Below are positions 37,446 to 51,597 of a stretch of 64,000 nt of DNA, one piece after another. The notes beneath the pieces were generated by a model. It did no database searches and had not been told where the DNA came from. It worked only from the letters and a program-made list of their open reading frames with translations. The DNA is taken from positions 34,596,001 to 34,660,000 of the forward strand of contig OX597814.1 in assembly GCA_951406725.2 (NCBI GenBank). Reading direction: 5' to 3'. The DNA is from Octopus vulgaris (taxonomy: Eukaryota). The first letter of the stretch is position 1. Each line of letters begins with the position of its first letter. The position numbers were made by a program, and so were the translations under genes.

Positions 37446-37549
37446 CTACTGATTAATATTAATTCTTTCTGCTGTAGGTACATGGCCTGAAATTTTGGGG
37501 TAAGGGGCTAACCAAATACATTGACCAAAGTCGAATGTAAATATCTACT

Positions 37550-38190
37550 GTACGGTGACAAATATATCTAATAAAGAATAATAGAACTCTAATACAAAGA
37601 GCTAAAGAAATATGAACTCCACCTGAATAAAATGTTGCTTTCTGTGTCTTAAAATATTAAAGAGAAGTGAATGTGATAGTCACATGTAATGAAGAAGAAA
37701 CAAAGACAAACTTGTTTTAAAGATAACTAGGCTGAAAATATGGTTATAGATTGTTGTTACTGAAAGCACGTGAAGCCTCTGCACGGACAATAAAGAAAAA
37801 TATCAGGACTAGTTGAGTCCAAAAGATTTTTTATTGCGGTGCAAAACCAAATCTTTCCTACTTGAAACTATCAACAGAATGTAATGAAATAGAATACCAC
37901 AAGTAATTATTAAATACGTGGAGGGTATGAAAAATCGATTAATCACATTGTTTTTAGCTGCTAAGTCATAACAAAAATGAAAATACATTTACTGCAGGTT
38001 TCATAAACTGGAAGTTAGGCCAGTATTATAAAAAACAGACAGAGAAGAGATTGTACAAACATACCAGAAGAGGTCGCGGAGAATGACAAACTAATAATGC
38101 TCTGTGATATGCCAATTCTTAAAGACACAGTTGTTAAAACATTTTGGTACTAAAATATTGCCATAGATTATTTGATAATTTAACGACTTC
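37550..38190 (+). mobile_element. Highly decayed Dong/R4-like LINE fragment
   Basis: Remnants of FIAVQNQ, HKLEVRP/YKH.PEEVAENDKLIMLCDMPI. Confidence 0.55.
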
Positions 38191-38897
38191 TGATGAGTCC
38201 AGACAGAAAACAAATTTGTTCTTTAACAGAAAAAAAAGAGACATTATCGAAATATAAATATATGGTAATAGAAATTTCCAGGACACAGAATTTGTAAACT
38301 GAAACATTTGTATAATAATGGATTTGGGAATAATTGGAAAAATATTCGGACAAAAACAAATAAACACAAAGCCTCAGTACACATACACAGACGCATACAC
38401 ACACTCACACACATACGCACGCACATGCATGCACACGCATGCAAACGCATGCACATGCAGAATACACACACGTGCAATATATAATCTTTAAGTGACATAC
38501 TTAGTCGATCATGTGCTGTCCTAGTGCATTTTTGATATTGTTTCATTGCTGTAGAACAACTTTCACCCAGATATGCGTTGCGGTGAAGCTAACCCTGTAG
38601 AGTTGTACAGAGGTGGTGAACTCAAATATCGCTTTCGTTATTTTGTATCTCTTAACTGTCGAACCAAGCCAAGCTTCTATCTGATCATGGTGACCGGTAG
38701 AACTCGATATTCCTTAACTGACAGTGTACAAGCAGTTGCAGAGGCTACAAAATCTGCAGGAATTCCTGATCAATGAGGGGCTGTGGTCTCCAGTTATCAG
38801 GCATGACTTTCCATAACTCTACTGTCTCTGTGACAGTGCTGCAGTTTTGGTTTGAGTGAAGAATGATTGTATCTCTAGCATATGAAACGTTGTCAGG

Positions 38898-38946
<49 letters not shown>

Positions 38947-39229
38947 GTATATAAAGGAAGTTTGAAAACGCCACTAAAATATAAGATATATTTTAATTTT
39001 CTTAGAGATTTTACATGTTGCGGTTCTTCTTGAAAAAACGAACCTTATCAAAAATATTTTTAAAAGTTAAGCGTAATAAAAAAGTTCATAATTGTTTCTT
39101 ACCAGTCTCAAAAGAGTCCACGTGGTGGTGTTTTGTGTGTGTGTGTGGGCATAATGGCTGTCTTGACTAGAATCGTTGGCTGTAATCGTGAAAATGACCC
39201 TTGGCCGTAATAGCAGTACATACATACAT

Positions 39230-39280
<51 letters not shown>

Positions 39281-39832
39281 TGAAATATGAAACATCGTAA
39301 GTTGGGTAAATCAGCCAGTGCTACACCAGCCATTGTATTTTAAATAGCATCACATGAGGCCAAGGACAAAGACCATCTTATTAGAATATTTGTAGGAATG
39401 TTAGGTTAGGAACCATGAAAATTCCCCAGAAAACTCTTATTTGAGAGTGCTAGTAGAGATAGGGAAACCGAGGCTGATTCTTGGTTATCGCTTCTGACAA
39501 GGATATGCCGTTAGCCAGTCAATTCACTCAGAGAAGTGCGCAATCTTTAGTATCGATGCACTGTTGACTTATGGAATTTGTAGAGTTGAGAAATCTGTGG
39601 CTGATATATGAAATGTGTGGTTTCCATCGACGGAGAAAGAACATATGGGAACACATATCTGGTATTTAAGAGCAGAGAATTAAAGAAGCAGCAAGTGAAG
39701 TTAGTGCACATGCACATGCGCAGTCACCTGGCCACAGACTCGTATTATAGTATATAAGAAGGGGGAATAAAAGTGACGGCTTGCTACGCTGGTAATTATA
39801 TTGATTCTTGGCGTGCCACCAAAACTGCATTG

Positions 39833-40090
39833 TTTGTTCCTTCTCAAGCCATGCCTGGCTCATAAGGGCCGGTTTCCTTGGCGTATAGGTTCCCCATCTG
39901 GACGGGACGCCAGTCCGTCGCAGGTGAGCTGCAAGATGCAGGAGGAAAGAGTGAGAGAAAGTTGTGGCGAAAGCCGCGTGGAGCTTAGGTGTTTCGCTCA
40001 TAAACACACACATCGCCCGATCTGAGATTCGAACCCGCATTCCCTTGACCGCGAGTCCGCTGTTCTAAGCACTAGGCCATGTGCCTCCAT
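39833..40090 (-). mobile_element. tRNA-derived SINE (16154 family)
   Basis: Reverse complement of the 16154 copy. TSD aaaactgcattg / aaaactacattg at 39821-39832 and 40091-40102. Confidence 0.92.
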
Positions 40091-40102
40091 AAAACTACAT
40101 TG

Positions 40103-40460
40103 CAATAAGGGCAGGTTGCGAATGTCAATGTGAACAAAACGACGTGCAATGAGAAGGGTCTGTATGGGTAATTAGTTCATATAAACCCCATGGAACCATC
40201 TCAGGGATGTTACCGTTGTAGGTTGAGTGTAGAGGAACAAGTGATGTAACTAGTGGTGCAGAGCAGCAAACTACATACGTAGCAGGGAAACCACTTGAAT
40301 GCCTTCTGTTCCGAGGAACTTGGACGGGGGATAGAAAATGGTGGTAGAATCAATGCGATCAATAGCAGCCATGGGACATGGAAACTGCTGTTTCTAGAAA
40401 CAGAAGCAACTGTACCTTAAACTCGGCAGCTGGTCGACGAACTGCGTCTCTACTGTGTTT
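40103..40460 (-). mobile_element. Possible decayed CR1/Jockey-like LINE 3' region
   Basis: Minus-strand remnant CCSAPLVTSLVP resembles CSSELASLVP in such elements. Weak. Confidence 0.3.
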
Positions 40461-41019
40461 TCATTTAGTATGCAGAGCACTTCACTGAGGTAGTTTCCCC
40501 CATCCATAACTCTAATCTTACTATAAGAATTCCCCTCACGTTTTTCTAACAACTTTCAGCTTCATTTATAGCCCTTGAACGCAAAATTACAGTTTGGAAT
40601 ACTGAATGTTATGAAAAAACGTTTCACTCAGGGTTGTGGGAATAATATATTTACGACGCAATAATCAGACGTGATTGTTGCTCGATAACTTTCAAGTAGT
40701 CACTACATTCTGCTTAAATTTTCTCATTATAGATTGGTGCCAAAAATGCTTGAAACTCAGATTTTATCAAAACAAAGAGTATGATAATAGCCGATACAGA
40801 CGTTAGCTGGGCCTAAATTGCGCCTTAATCTGAAACAAAAATAACGACCAATACAGGCATGAGCAATGAAATAAGATCACGTATTGAAAGCTAAAGAAGC
40901 TAAATGGTTTAGCCTTGCAATGAATAATTTTGAAGAAGTGACCATTTTTATTAAAAAGAAGAAAGGAACTGGGATGTTCTTAATAACGTATGGTAATGCT
41001 ACTTCAAAGTAAGAGTAAA

Positions 41020-41310
41020 ATATCAGTTATTGCTTTTCTGAACAATATTACAATAAGAGAAAATAAGAAAAGGAACAATTCATAGATTAAGAAACTTTCA
41101 GTATAGAAAGAAATGTAACCAAGGTGGAAGTAATAAGAAAGGCAAAAAGATTAGTTTTGTGCCAAGAGAGGGTAGCATATTAACAAGTAATTTAAAGTTT
41201 ATGAGAAATAGATATGCAATTCCTATGGGATTTGCCATTAAAATTCCTGAATACCACATATCACGATATCTAGGGGATTATCTCGAAGAGTTATACTTAG
41301 AAATTGAAGA
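41020..41310 (+). mobile_element. Decayed Helitron PIF1-like helicase fragment
   Basis: KGKKISFVPREGSILTSNLKFMRNRYAIPMGFAIKI...YLGDYLEE aligns by eye to KG..VFIPRI.L..S.F.F.R.QFP.RLAFAMTINKSQG...VG.YL. Confidence 0.5.
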
Positions 41311-42349
41311 GATAAAGAAAAGTTACCACGAAATTTTATAGTCACCTTTATAAGGGTTTGGAGAAATTACTAGATTGTTTGTTCCATGCAAATCAATATA
41401 TTATTGGTAATTAAAATTCGCACGAGTGTGTTGAAAGTGATGTCTTCTCAAATTACTCGATAAAGCTACGATCATCTGAAGTAACATAAAAGAGTTTTCT
41501 CATGAACGCTTCAAATATATGACTCTACATTTGGATTTGATATTAAAGAATGCTTAGCATAAAATATCTGTTGCTATTGTATTGAGCTCTCTTTCTAGTT
41601 TTGATGTAAATCTACATTCACCTGTCTGACTGCCTTTCGTCTGAAGTACAATTTTCTTTTCTCTAAAACACACAGAAAATGATACAAAAGGTTTTTTCTC
41701 AAGTACAACTGCACTGTTGAGAATGTTCTTGTATTACAGTAAATGCCATTAGTATATTCTTGTAATACACTAAATACATTTACGTTAGCATTTTACAAAG
41801 AGCAGATAAGAAAAGAGTAGATGAACGTTAACATTTTCTACTCTTTTCAATTGAATTTTATTTTCGCTGGGCTTCTCCAGACAAGTGTGTAACAGACTTA
41901 AAATTTGGACACAATAGCTATGAAATAAAACGCGCTATGCAACGAAGACGTTATTCAAACGAGTAACTGTTTTAGCTTTATACTAACTCCACTTCAAATA
42001 CTATTGCAGCTTTTCTTTCAATTTTATTTTGTTGTCGTCGAACGTTTTCTATTATTGCAGAGCGTGTGGATAGTTCTGTCTGTGTCTAACTACAGTCAAT
42101 TAAGAAACATCGATTTGAAAATAGAAAAATCTATATTTTGCGAAGGTTGAAGTGTGATCGAAATTTCTAGTTTGAAAGTATTACAAATTAATTTTCCTCT
42201 GGGTTGACCTTCCTAATGAACCGCCTTTCACGAAGATATTTATGAGAAAGAAACGTCTCAACGCTGTAAATTGTCACGAGCAATTACTAATTACATGTAA
42301 TGTTTCAAATCAACTGATTAATATATTCCTTTGTGCGGTGATATCTAAT

Positions 42350-42412
42350 GTCACACACACACACACATATGCATACATACACACATATACATATAGTACA
42401 TTTATATATATA

Positions 42413-42454
<42 letters not shown>

Positions 42455-42474
42455 TATATACATATATATATGTA

Positions 42475-42524
<50 letters not shown>

Positions 42525-42629
42525 TATATGTATATATATATATATACATATATATATACATATATATATACATATATATATATATGTATGTATATATATA
42601 TATTTATCTATATATATATATATACATAT

Positions 42630-42673
<44 letters not shown>

Positions 42674-42760
42674 GTGTGTGTTTGTGTGTGTGTGTGTAAG
42701 TGTGTGCGTGTCTGTGTGAACACATATACGTATACGTTTATGTATATTCATATATGTATA
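42350..42760. repeat. (TA)n-rich microsatellite
   Basis: Seen directly. Confidence 0.95.
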
Positions 42761-43432
42761 TGAATGTCTTTGCATTTCTATGTACTTATGTGTCTGTGAA
42801 TATAAGCGTGTAATGTATGAAGTAGATTATCTTAAATTTATTGAGTTGAAGCGGAAGGAAAGCGCCATATCATGGAAAATGACCACATAATTTAGTAATC
42901 TAAATGTGAATTATTAAAGAAACCGGTTTAATATCTACATAATACCTCATCTCATAGCGAATTAAGAAAACGTGAATTGAGGAAGCATGATTTTTGGAAC
43001 GGTTCCAGTGATTTCTCATCAAGTTTTTTTTTTCTCTTTGGCAAACTGCTATTTAATATTAGCAATATGAAAATCTTTAGAGAGCCAAACTGGCGGAGAC
43101 AATAACGAGCAGTGCTCACTTACAAAGCAGCAATCACTTAAAGTAAATGTTTAAAATAAAATTCGATAACATATATAAGACAAGATATTTGAAAGTGAGA
43201 ATTCCTTCGATGTTAAACGAAATTAATGCGTCTCAAGATATATTTAGAAATATATGTCTTTATGTTTTCTTGAAAAATCTGTTTTATAGTAAAAAAGAAA
43301 TAATTATGTATTCTATGAAAAACATCTAAATGATTTAAATTACTCAGAGACGGAATGGTAGTTGGTGAGGCAAAGAAGAGGCAGTTCACAACTTCGAAAA
43401 CCAAGCACTTCCGAAAATAATAATAATGTTGA

Positions 43433-43599
43433 AGCCTTGAAAAAATAAAAGAGTTAAACTACATCAGCTATAAGTGTTCATGAGTTATTTCATCGAACTT
43501 TTCGGATATCAATTGGTGGGCTCTACTGGACGAGTTAGATAAGATAGACATGTATTTCCTTACGGCTGATGTAGTTTAACTCTCTTATTCTTCAAGGCT
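43433..43599. mobile_element. 167-bp MITE, possibly PIF/Harbinger-type
   Basis: ~41-bp TIRs agccttgaaaaaataaaagagttaaactacatcagc / gctgatgtagtttaactctcttattcttcaaggct, flanked by TGA on both sides. Confidence 0.75.
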
Positions 43600-43676
43600 T
43601 GAGTACCAATTGAAAAATTCAAATTTGATGGCAAAGAATCCCAATTAGATCGAAAACATCTATAATAATAATAACG

Positions 43677-43746
<70 letters not shown>

Positions 43747-43757
43747 TAATAATAATT

Positions 43758-43958
43758 ATCCTTTCTACTAAATACGCAAAGCCTGTCATTTTTGGGGAAG
43801 GGAGTAGTCGATTATATCGATCCCAGTGTTTCACTGCTACTTATTTTATCGACCCCGAAAGGATGAAAGGCAAAGTCGATCTCGGCGGAATTTTTACTCA
43901 GAATATAGCGACCAGCAAAATATTGCAGAGCATTTCGTCCAGTGCGCTAACGATTCTG
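43758..43958 (-). mobile_element. Meta-like SINE
   Basis: tttatcgaccccgaaaggatgaaaggcaaagtcga core. Confidence 0.85.
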
Positions 43959-44090
43959 GGAATACATACAATGAGCTTCTCTGCCCTAGGTGTACGGAAA
44001 ACACTCGGCGAGAAATGGAAGAAAATTTGAAGAAGGAAAAACAACAACAACAATAGCAATAATAACAACAACAACAACAACATCAACAAC

Positions 44091-44161
<71 letters not shown>

Positions 44162-44385
44162 TAACAACTATACAGATCAAAGCACTAATGGCGGTAACTA
44201 ATGATGAGCAATGCTGTAATAGCAACGTTAAAGTAACTGTAACAGTATTAATCGCAGAGTCGACAATAGCGGCAGAGAAAACAACCGTCTCTACATCTGC
44301 CACAATCCAGGGCTCAATACTAATACTTTTAATGTAGAACAAAAATGTCTAATCAAACAAAAAGGAAAACTACAACAGTACACGA

Positions 44386-44772
44386 ACCATTCTTTGTGAC
44401 TTCCTAGTATGTACAGACCGAACCATTAAAGTAAATACAGCAGATATTGTTGTGAAAGACCAAAACAATAAAATATGTTTATTGATTGACATGAGCATAC
44501 CTTGTGACCATAATATCAAAAGAATTTGATAAGCTCAGAAAATATAAAGATTTACTAATCGAAATCGAAAAGATGTGGCATTTCAAGACGGTTACAATAT
44601 CAATGATTGTAGGAGGACTTGAAATGATCAAAAAAGGAACTGAAAATTATTTAAGAATGATCTCTGGCTTACCATTTATGCAGGAAGTGCAAAATATTGT
44701 CTTAGCTGGTACGTCACACGTACTGAGAATTTGCATTGTCGCTGTGAATTTTCTTTCCTTTTTCTCCCTATA
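44386..44772 (+). mobile_element. Dong/R4-like LINE 3' fragment 1
   Basis: TDRTIKVNTADIVVKD, LIDMSIPCD, KEFDKLRKYKDL.IEIEKMW and LAGTSHVLR. Confidence 0.9.
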
Positions 44773-45394
44773 ACTTGTGACACCCAGAAATGCAGACTCT
44801 GTGGGAAGAGTGTGGAAAATATGACCCATTTGGTAAGTGGATGTGAGAGCCTTGCACAAAAAGAATACAAGCACTGCCACGATAAATTGTTCGTGTATCT
44901 TCATTGGCTCTTAAGCCGTAAATAACAATAAGTAACAGAGAATTGGTATGAGCATATACCAAGTAAAGTTATGCAGGAAGATGGAAAAGTAACGATACTC
45001 TGGGGCTATGATTTTCAGACGGATCGTGTAATCGAACATCGTTGGCCGGATATTGTGATATTGAATAAGAGAGGCAAATACTGTCAGATCATTGATGTAG
45101 CCATACCAAATGACATGAATGTTGTGAGTAAAGAGGTTGAAAAAATCACCAAGTATTCCGAATTGAAAGTGGAAATAGCAAGACTGTATGAAATGCGAGA
45201 GGGTAATGTAAAAGTGATATCAGTGGTGATCGGAGCGTTGGGCGCAATCCCATTGAAACTTCAAAACTTCTTAAGGCAACTGAAAATCCCATGCGCATAT
45301 CTTAAAGAAAGTATTATCTGTCTGAGGTCCTTGTTGTGATTTGACAGATGACTAAAGACTCCGGTGCATTTTTACCTACACTGTGTTACGAAGA

Positions 45395-45395
<1 letters not shown>
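44773..45395 (+). mobile_element. Dong/R4-like LINE 3' fragment 2 with (TAA)n tail
   Basis: CRLCGKSVENMTHLVSGC (CCHC finger), WYEHIP, TDRVIEHRWPDIVI, IIDVAIP and KITKY, then 3' UTR and (TAA)n at 45396-45482. Confidence 0.92.
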
Positions 45396-45482
<87 letters not shown>

Positions 45483-45494
45483 GCAAGAACAAGA

Positions 45495-47258
45495 ACAATT
45501 GAAATGTTTGGAGTAGCAAATACATGAGAAGCCTTATGTAGAATAGTAGGAAATGTCGGAGAACTGCATTGATAGCAGGGAATCAGGTATTAGGAGAGTT
45601 GAAAATCAAGCGAGGAATCTTCCAGGGGGACAGAGTGTACCACCACTGATCTTTGTGCTGGTAATCATCCCCTCGAGTGAAATACTACAGAAGACGAATT
45701 TGGGGTATGATGTGGGAAGTGGTAAGGGAAAAGGGAATCACTTTCTATCCACGGACGACTTGAAGTTGTGCACAAAAAGTGAGGTAGAACTGGACAGCTT
45801 AATCTCTGCAGATTTTCTCCAACGTTATTAAGATGGAGTTTGGACTCTCAAACTGTACTACGATGGTGATGAGACGAGGAAAGCTTGCCAAGACAGAAGG
45901 CATATGGTTGCCAATTGGTGAAATGATGAAGGCAATTGAATTGCAGTTCAGTTATAAATACCTGGGAATACTTGAGACAGATGGAATTAAACACAACTAT
46001 ATGAAATAAAAGACAAATAAAGAGTACCTGCGGTGAATGAGAAATATATTGGCTTCAAAGCTGAACGCCAAAAACATATCGGCAATAAACATGATATCGT
46101 ACAGTCGCAGTAGTTTGGTATGGCGCTGGAATCCTGAAGTGGACAGAAGAGGAGTTAAAGGAGGTGGACAGGAAGACAAGAAAGCTCCTAACGATGCATG
46201 GATCCCATCATCCACGTGCAGACACTAATCGCTGTACATGAAGAGAGGAAATGGAAGAAGGGGGACTGAGAAGTGTGGAAGACTGCGTACGTATTAAACT
46301 CGAGAGCTAAATGAGATACCTATCCCATAGTAAGGAAACCTTGCTAGTGTCAGTTGGAGAATGAGGGAGTATTGAAAGCAGAGAAAAAAATGAAGAACAA
46401 AGGAAGCAGTACAAAAAGGATATGAAGAAGTATTACGCAATCAATTCCATGTTGTCACAACAGAAGTTGCTGGAAAGGCTGAAGAAAGGAACACTGAAAA
46501 AAGAGACTGATAGCACTATACTAGCAGCATAAGACCAAACTTTGGCCACGCACTGAAGGGTCATCCCCAGGCATGAGCAAGTGTCTCTGCTGTGCTGAAT
46601 CCGTAATAGAGTGGACGAAACCATTGCCCATACCACGAACGAATGTCTTAGACATGCCGAAAAAACCACTACAAATTATGGCGACACGATAAGGTAGCGA
46701 AAGTGCTACGCTGGAAACTGTGTGAAAAATGGGGACTAGAGAGCGGCAATACATGGTATGAGCAACAAATGCAGAGAGTAGCGGAGTCGGCGAGTTGCAA
46801 AATCCTCTGGGTTTTCCCAATCCAAAAAGATCATATGTTAGAGCCTAATAGACTGGACCTAGTGGTGATCGACAAGACGCACCATATGTGCTATATAGTT
46901 GATGCTGCATACCCCTTCGACCCTTGAATTGTCAAGAAAGAAGGTTAGAAAATAGATAAATACAACCTTCTTAAGTACGAAATAGCCTGGTTATGGAAAT
47001 TGAAGGTGAAGATAGTACCAATTATTGTTGGTTTCTTGAGAACAGTATCAGATGGTACCAAGAAGAATACAAAACAAATCGGAATAGAGTGCCCAGTAGA
47101 ACTGTTACAAAAGTTATTCCTCCTTGGCGCGGCCAAAATAATCAGGAAAGTATGAGATTGTTTAAAAGAACAAATAGCATGGTACCGTAGGCTAAGGCAG
47201 CAAGCCCACTACGCATGCAAGACTCCAGGAGTTCCAAGAAAACCTAGGACAAAAAGAA
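45495..47258 (+). mobile_element. Dong/R4-like LINE fragment 3 (RT to 3' UTR), decayed
   Basis: IFQGD, NHFLSTDDLKL, YKYLGILE, SKLNAKN and NRLDLVVIDK..IVDAAYPFD; ends in taataatgataata. Confidence 0.92.
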
Positions 47259-48147
47259 ATAATAATGATAATAATAACACTTTTTCAGAAAGAACTTTCC
47301 GCTGTGTATCACAAGAATTTGTCGGTATAAATTCAATATTGGGATCATATTTCGTCATCGGAAGAAAAAAAATTTACTCAAGTATTATGTAAAAGTTCAC
47401 AAATCTCTTGTAAATTATTAAGCTCAATAATGGTGGAATTCTATTTACAGAGTCACGTTTCTTAGAAGGGAATATTATCAAATAAATGAACCTGAATATA
47501 TTTATTGTTACTTATTTTATCAAGAAAAATTTAAAAAAAAATAAAATGAAAGTCGACGGATCTGGAAGTTGGCACAATTATGTGAAACTAGTGACTTATT
47601 TTTCAGAAGAGATTTTAGAAATAAACAAATAATCTTTTTGAGATGTTGTTGCTGCCTCTGTTTTTCAGTTATAAAGGTATTAGCGACATAAGAAATAGAC
47701 TCCAAATTTTATTGGAAACCGGCACAGCAACTACTCTCCTCTAGATTTTAATTCTAACTCTACTAATATTAATATAGCAGAATTAATCCTGCCTTTAAAT
47801 GTCTCTGCTGCCTTCACTTCTCAAGTCACAGCGCGCACAGGTCTAAATGGGTTATTTATAAGTCCCTGTAGGTTTGCACAGACACATAGACACTCACATT
47901 CCCCCAGACAAATATGCACTCAATATACCAGCCGACTTATTAATGGGTTTCATCTAAAGCAAGTTGGAAGATATCCATAAATACTTTATTGCATAAATGA
48001 AAGCTTTTAAATCATAAAACTGTCTGTAAAACACGCACACACACATGCAGGCACCCTTCCACACACTCACAGAAACATACATATGCACACATAAATACGA
48101 ACACGCGATATGTATATAAATATAAAACATATACATGTACATAAATG

Positions 48148-48183
<36 letters not shown>

Positions 48184-48233
48184 TGTATGTATGTATGTAT
48201 GTATGTATGTATGTATGTATGTATGTATGTATG

Positions 48234-48277
<44 letters not shown>

Positions 48278-49127
48278 GAATATATAGATTATACACATAT
48301 GTATATGTGTGTACATATATGTGTATTTGAACAAACACACACGCACTAATATATATGCATGAATATATATACTTTTGTAAAGGCGATATTATTTAATGTT
48401 TAATAATAATGTATTTATTTAATTATTTACGTCTTTTTAACACTCAAAACAAATACTCGTAAAGTTGAAAATGAATGTGCTTTTTAAATGATGTTATGTA
48501 TGTACGTATATGTATGTTTATATGTATGTATGCATGTATGTACGTACGAATGTACGTACGTATGTGTGTATTATACACACATATTCATTAAAACAAATTA
48601 CATTATGATGCGAGATGAAACAAATTATTCAATAATAGTAATAAAAGCAAAAGAAAATAACTATACAAAACAAAACTAACAAGCATAAACGAAACGAAAA
48701 TAATGGCGAATAAATAAATCTAAGTACATAGAAACATCAACTATTTCGAGTAAGCGAAAATATTTGCACTGTGTGTCTGCAGAGGCCAATGTATAGACAT
48801 ATTTAAACGGTTAATGGGCCGTGCTGGAGTATGAAAGCCAGCTTACTGCATAAGAAAAAGGAAATGGACATAAGTCATTATGAAAGGCCGATGGACTTTG
48901 TTCGTAAACTATTTACTTCACAGCATTTCAAAATGATCCATTTTCACTGATCATGCATTTCAAGAATCACTTGAATAATTGATACTTCATAATGGCAACC
49001 ATTTTCTTCTAAGTGTCATAATTCCTGGTTCGTAAAGTACTTTTGACCATTTTAATTCCTTCGACCATCTCGAATAGAAATCTCTAAAGTGGTTTCTGTC
49101 AGAATTTAGATGTGCATACAAATACTG

Positions 49128-49231
49128 GCATCCATCCATCCATCCATCCATCCATCCATCCATCCATCCATCCATCCATCCATCCATCCATCCATCCATC
49201 CATCCATCCATCTATCCATCCATCCATCCAT
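49128..49231. repeat. (CATC)n microsatellite
   Basis: Seen directly. Confidence 0.95.
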
Positions 49232-49719
49232 ACAGGTATATATACATATACAGATATGTTCACATATAGACGGACAGTCATTGTGTGCAGTTGCACAGAT
49301 GTATTTATAAACATTAAACATATGGCCATTTAGAACACTTATGCAAGGACCGTATTAAATATATATATATACTTATTGACAGGAAAAGTAACGTCTAAAA
49401 CTACAAAATGAAAGAGAAATTTTAGAGTAAATAGCTATTGATTTGAGTGTCGTGTAACCTACATCAAACGTATGCGTGTCCAGATCATTTATATACATAA
49501 AAGAACGTCTACATGCATACACATAAATTAAAACACGCAACGTTCGTATCCTGTACGCACCAGCCAAAAGAGCTGAGCCTTGGGCTCGGTTCCTTATGTG
49601 GCCTGTGCGCGGTCGCTTGGCCTGCTACAAATAGCAGCCGAGTATCTATCAATATCAAACACTGACGCAATAAAAGGCGCATTAAATAATGTAGTAGTTG
49701 TTACTAAAAAAATAAGAGA

Positions 49720-50600
49720 AGATTAAAGGTAAAGTCAGCCACGAATTTGAACACAGAACGCAAAAAGCCAGAATAAATGCCACTAAGTACTTTTCGGATG
49801 CACTACTATTCTGTCAGCTCCCGGATCTGTCCTACTAAAAACATTATTTCAAATTTTGGCTGAAGGCCAAACATTTTTTAGTGAGAAGGTTGTAGTCGAT
49901 TACTCTGATTCCAGTACTTGTGTGGTACTTTGTAGTCTCTGGAAGGATGAGGCAAAGTTGACCTTGGCGACATTGGAACTTAGGACATAAAGAGACGTAA
50001 GAAATGCCTCTGAATATTTTGTCCGTCGCTCTAACAATCTGCCATCTCGTTATGATTTCGCTTTCTACTGCTTGTTAATTTTATCTCTTATTCCAATCTT
50101 GCAGAGAAAGTGTTAGAAACATTTCATTATGGCCATTATGACACCACCAACTAAACTTCAGTGCTGAGTCTCACCTAACTTGATGTCATTAAGTAATTCA
50201 AGTTTACACCTTTACATTACGCTTTAAAATTATTAATAGCTATATTATAGATACTTAAAGAGTACAACCAGTCATCACTCGCGAGTGAGTATGGCATGGT
50301 AACCTATACCAAGTTTTCAAAACTTGATCCACGTACCTATCTGGTCGCAAACAGACATCAACACCTTTTCAGCACACTTAGCCATGAACCAGCGGTAAAA
50401 CCAAAGTGTAACAGTTCGAGTGAGAGAGGACAGCACCAGCACTCTGCTAGTGCTCATTATAGCTGAATAGTCAGAAGCCGTGTGAAATGAAGTGCTTGCT
50501 GAAGGACACGACGAACGCTGCCCCGCCAGAAGGTGAACCCACGACATAAATATCATGAACAGAGAATGCCTAAAAAATTTGGCTACGCATCTTCATTGTT
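49720..50600 (-). mobile_element. Decayed SINE fragments
   Basis: Meta-like cores at about 49740 and 49950; gtgaaatgaagtgcttgctgaaggacac at about 50485. Confidence 0.6.
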
Positions 50601-51404
50601 CTTGATACATATGCGAATACATAGGGAATACATATGGCGGCTTGAAATGCTAGAATTAGGAACCATATTTTCCTCCAATCATCTCTTTTGTTTTGAAGAT
50701 GGACACATAGATAATATACTCAAGGCTACACTACGCCTGAAAATATAGATGGTAAACTCAGGAATTCTTTTCACCAAAAGGTTACACTATATCGATTGAA
50801 TAGAAGAATACCAATGATCCATCCATCCATCCATCCATCCATACTTACGTACATGTATAATAACGTCAACATAAAGAATATAGTTGGAAAGGTTGCGTTA
50901 AACTTTGAATAAATTCAAGTATAACAGACATGATATAATTGTTTAGCACATTACAGCTGCTAGGACTAATTGCCCAAAAGATGTGAACAATTAAAAATTA
51001 GAGATACCACGTTCGTAGAGAGTTGCTTCAAAATCCAGGACTTCACTTAGATTATAAATCGAAATTTGTAACGTATGCTCATGGCGCAATACAGCAGCGT
51101 GGATAAAAGTTTGCTTCGCAACCATATGAAACAAGGTTCAATTCCATAATGCAACATTTTTGGAGAACTAATTTATAAACATATGTCTCTCGCTGTCAGG
51201 AATTATATGAGCCAGTGATTGAATTATTGGAAACCTGTAACGAACGACGTTATTCTTCACAATTGTGATGTAAAATAAAAATAGATAAATAAGCTTCATG
51301 TGGTACAAATTATTATTTGTATTTTGCAAATGCAATCTGTAAGTGGAACTGTGAAAAATCTGAAAATTTTTGCTACATGTTAGTATATAGAGATATACAG
51401 CTTT

Positions 51405-51597
<193 letters not shown>

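Noticed and set aside
38185-38225. CTGATGAGTCCAGACAGAAAACAAATTTGTTC as a hammerhead
   Set aside because: Stem I cannot pair, an extra A precedes GAAA and the stem II loop is only 2 nt.
38480-38900. Possible RTE-like LINE remnant or exon
   Set aside because: No motif I could match with confidence, and no clear splice sites.
44971-45339. 122-aa ORF as a stand-alone nuclease gene
   Set aside because: It is the endonuclease domain of a 5'-truncated R4/Dong-like retrotransposon, with stops just upstream.
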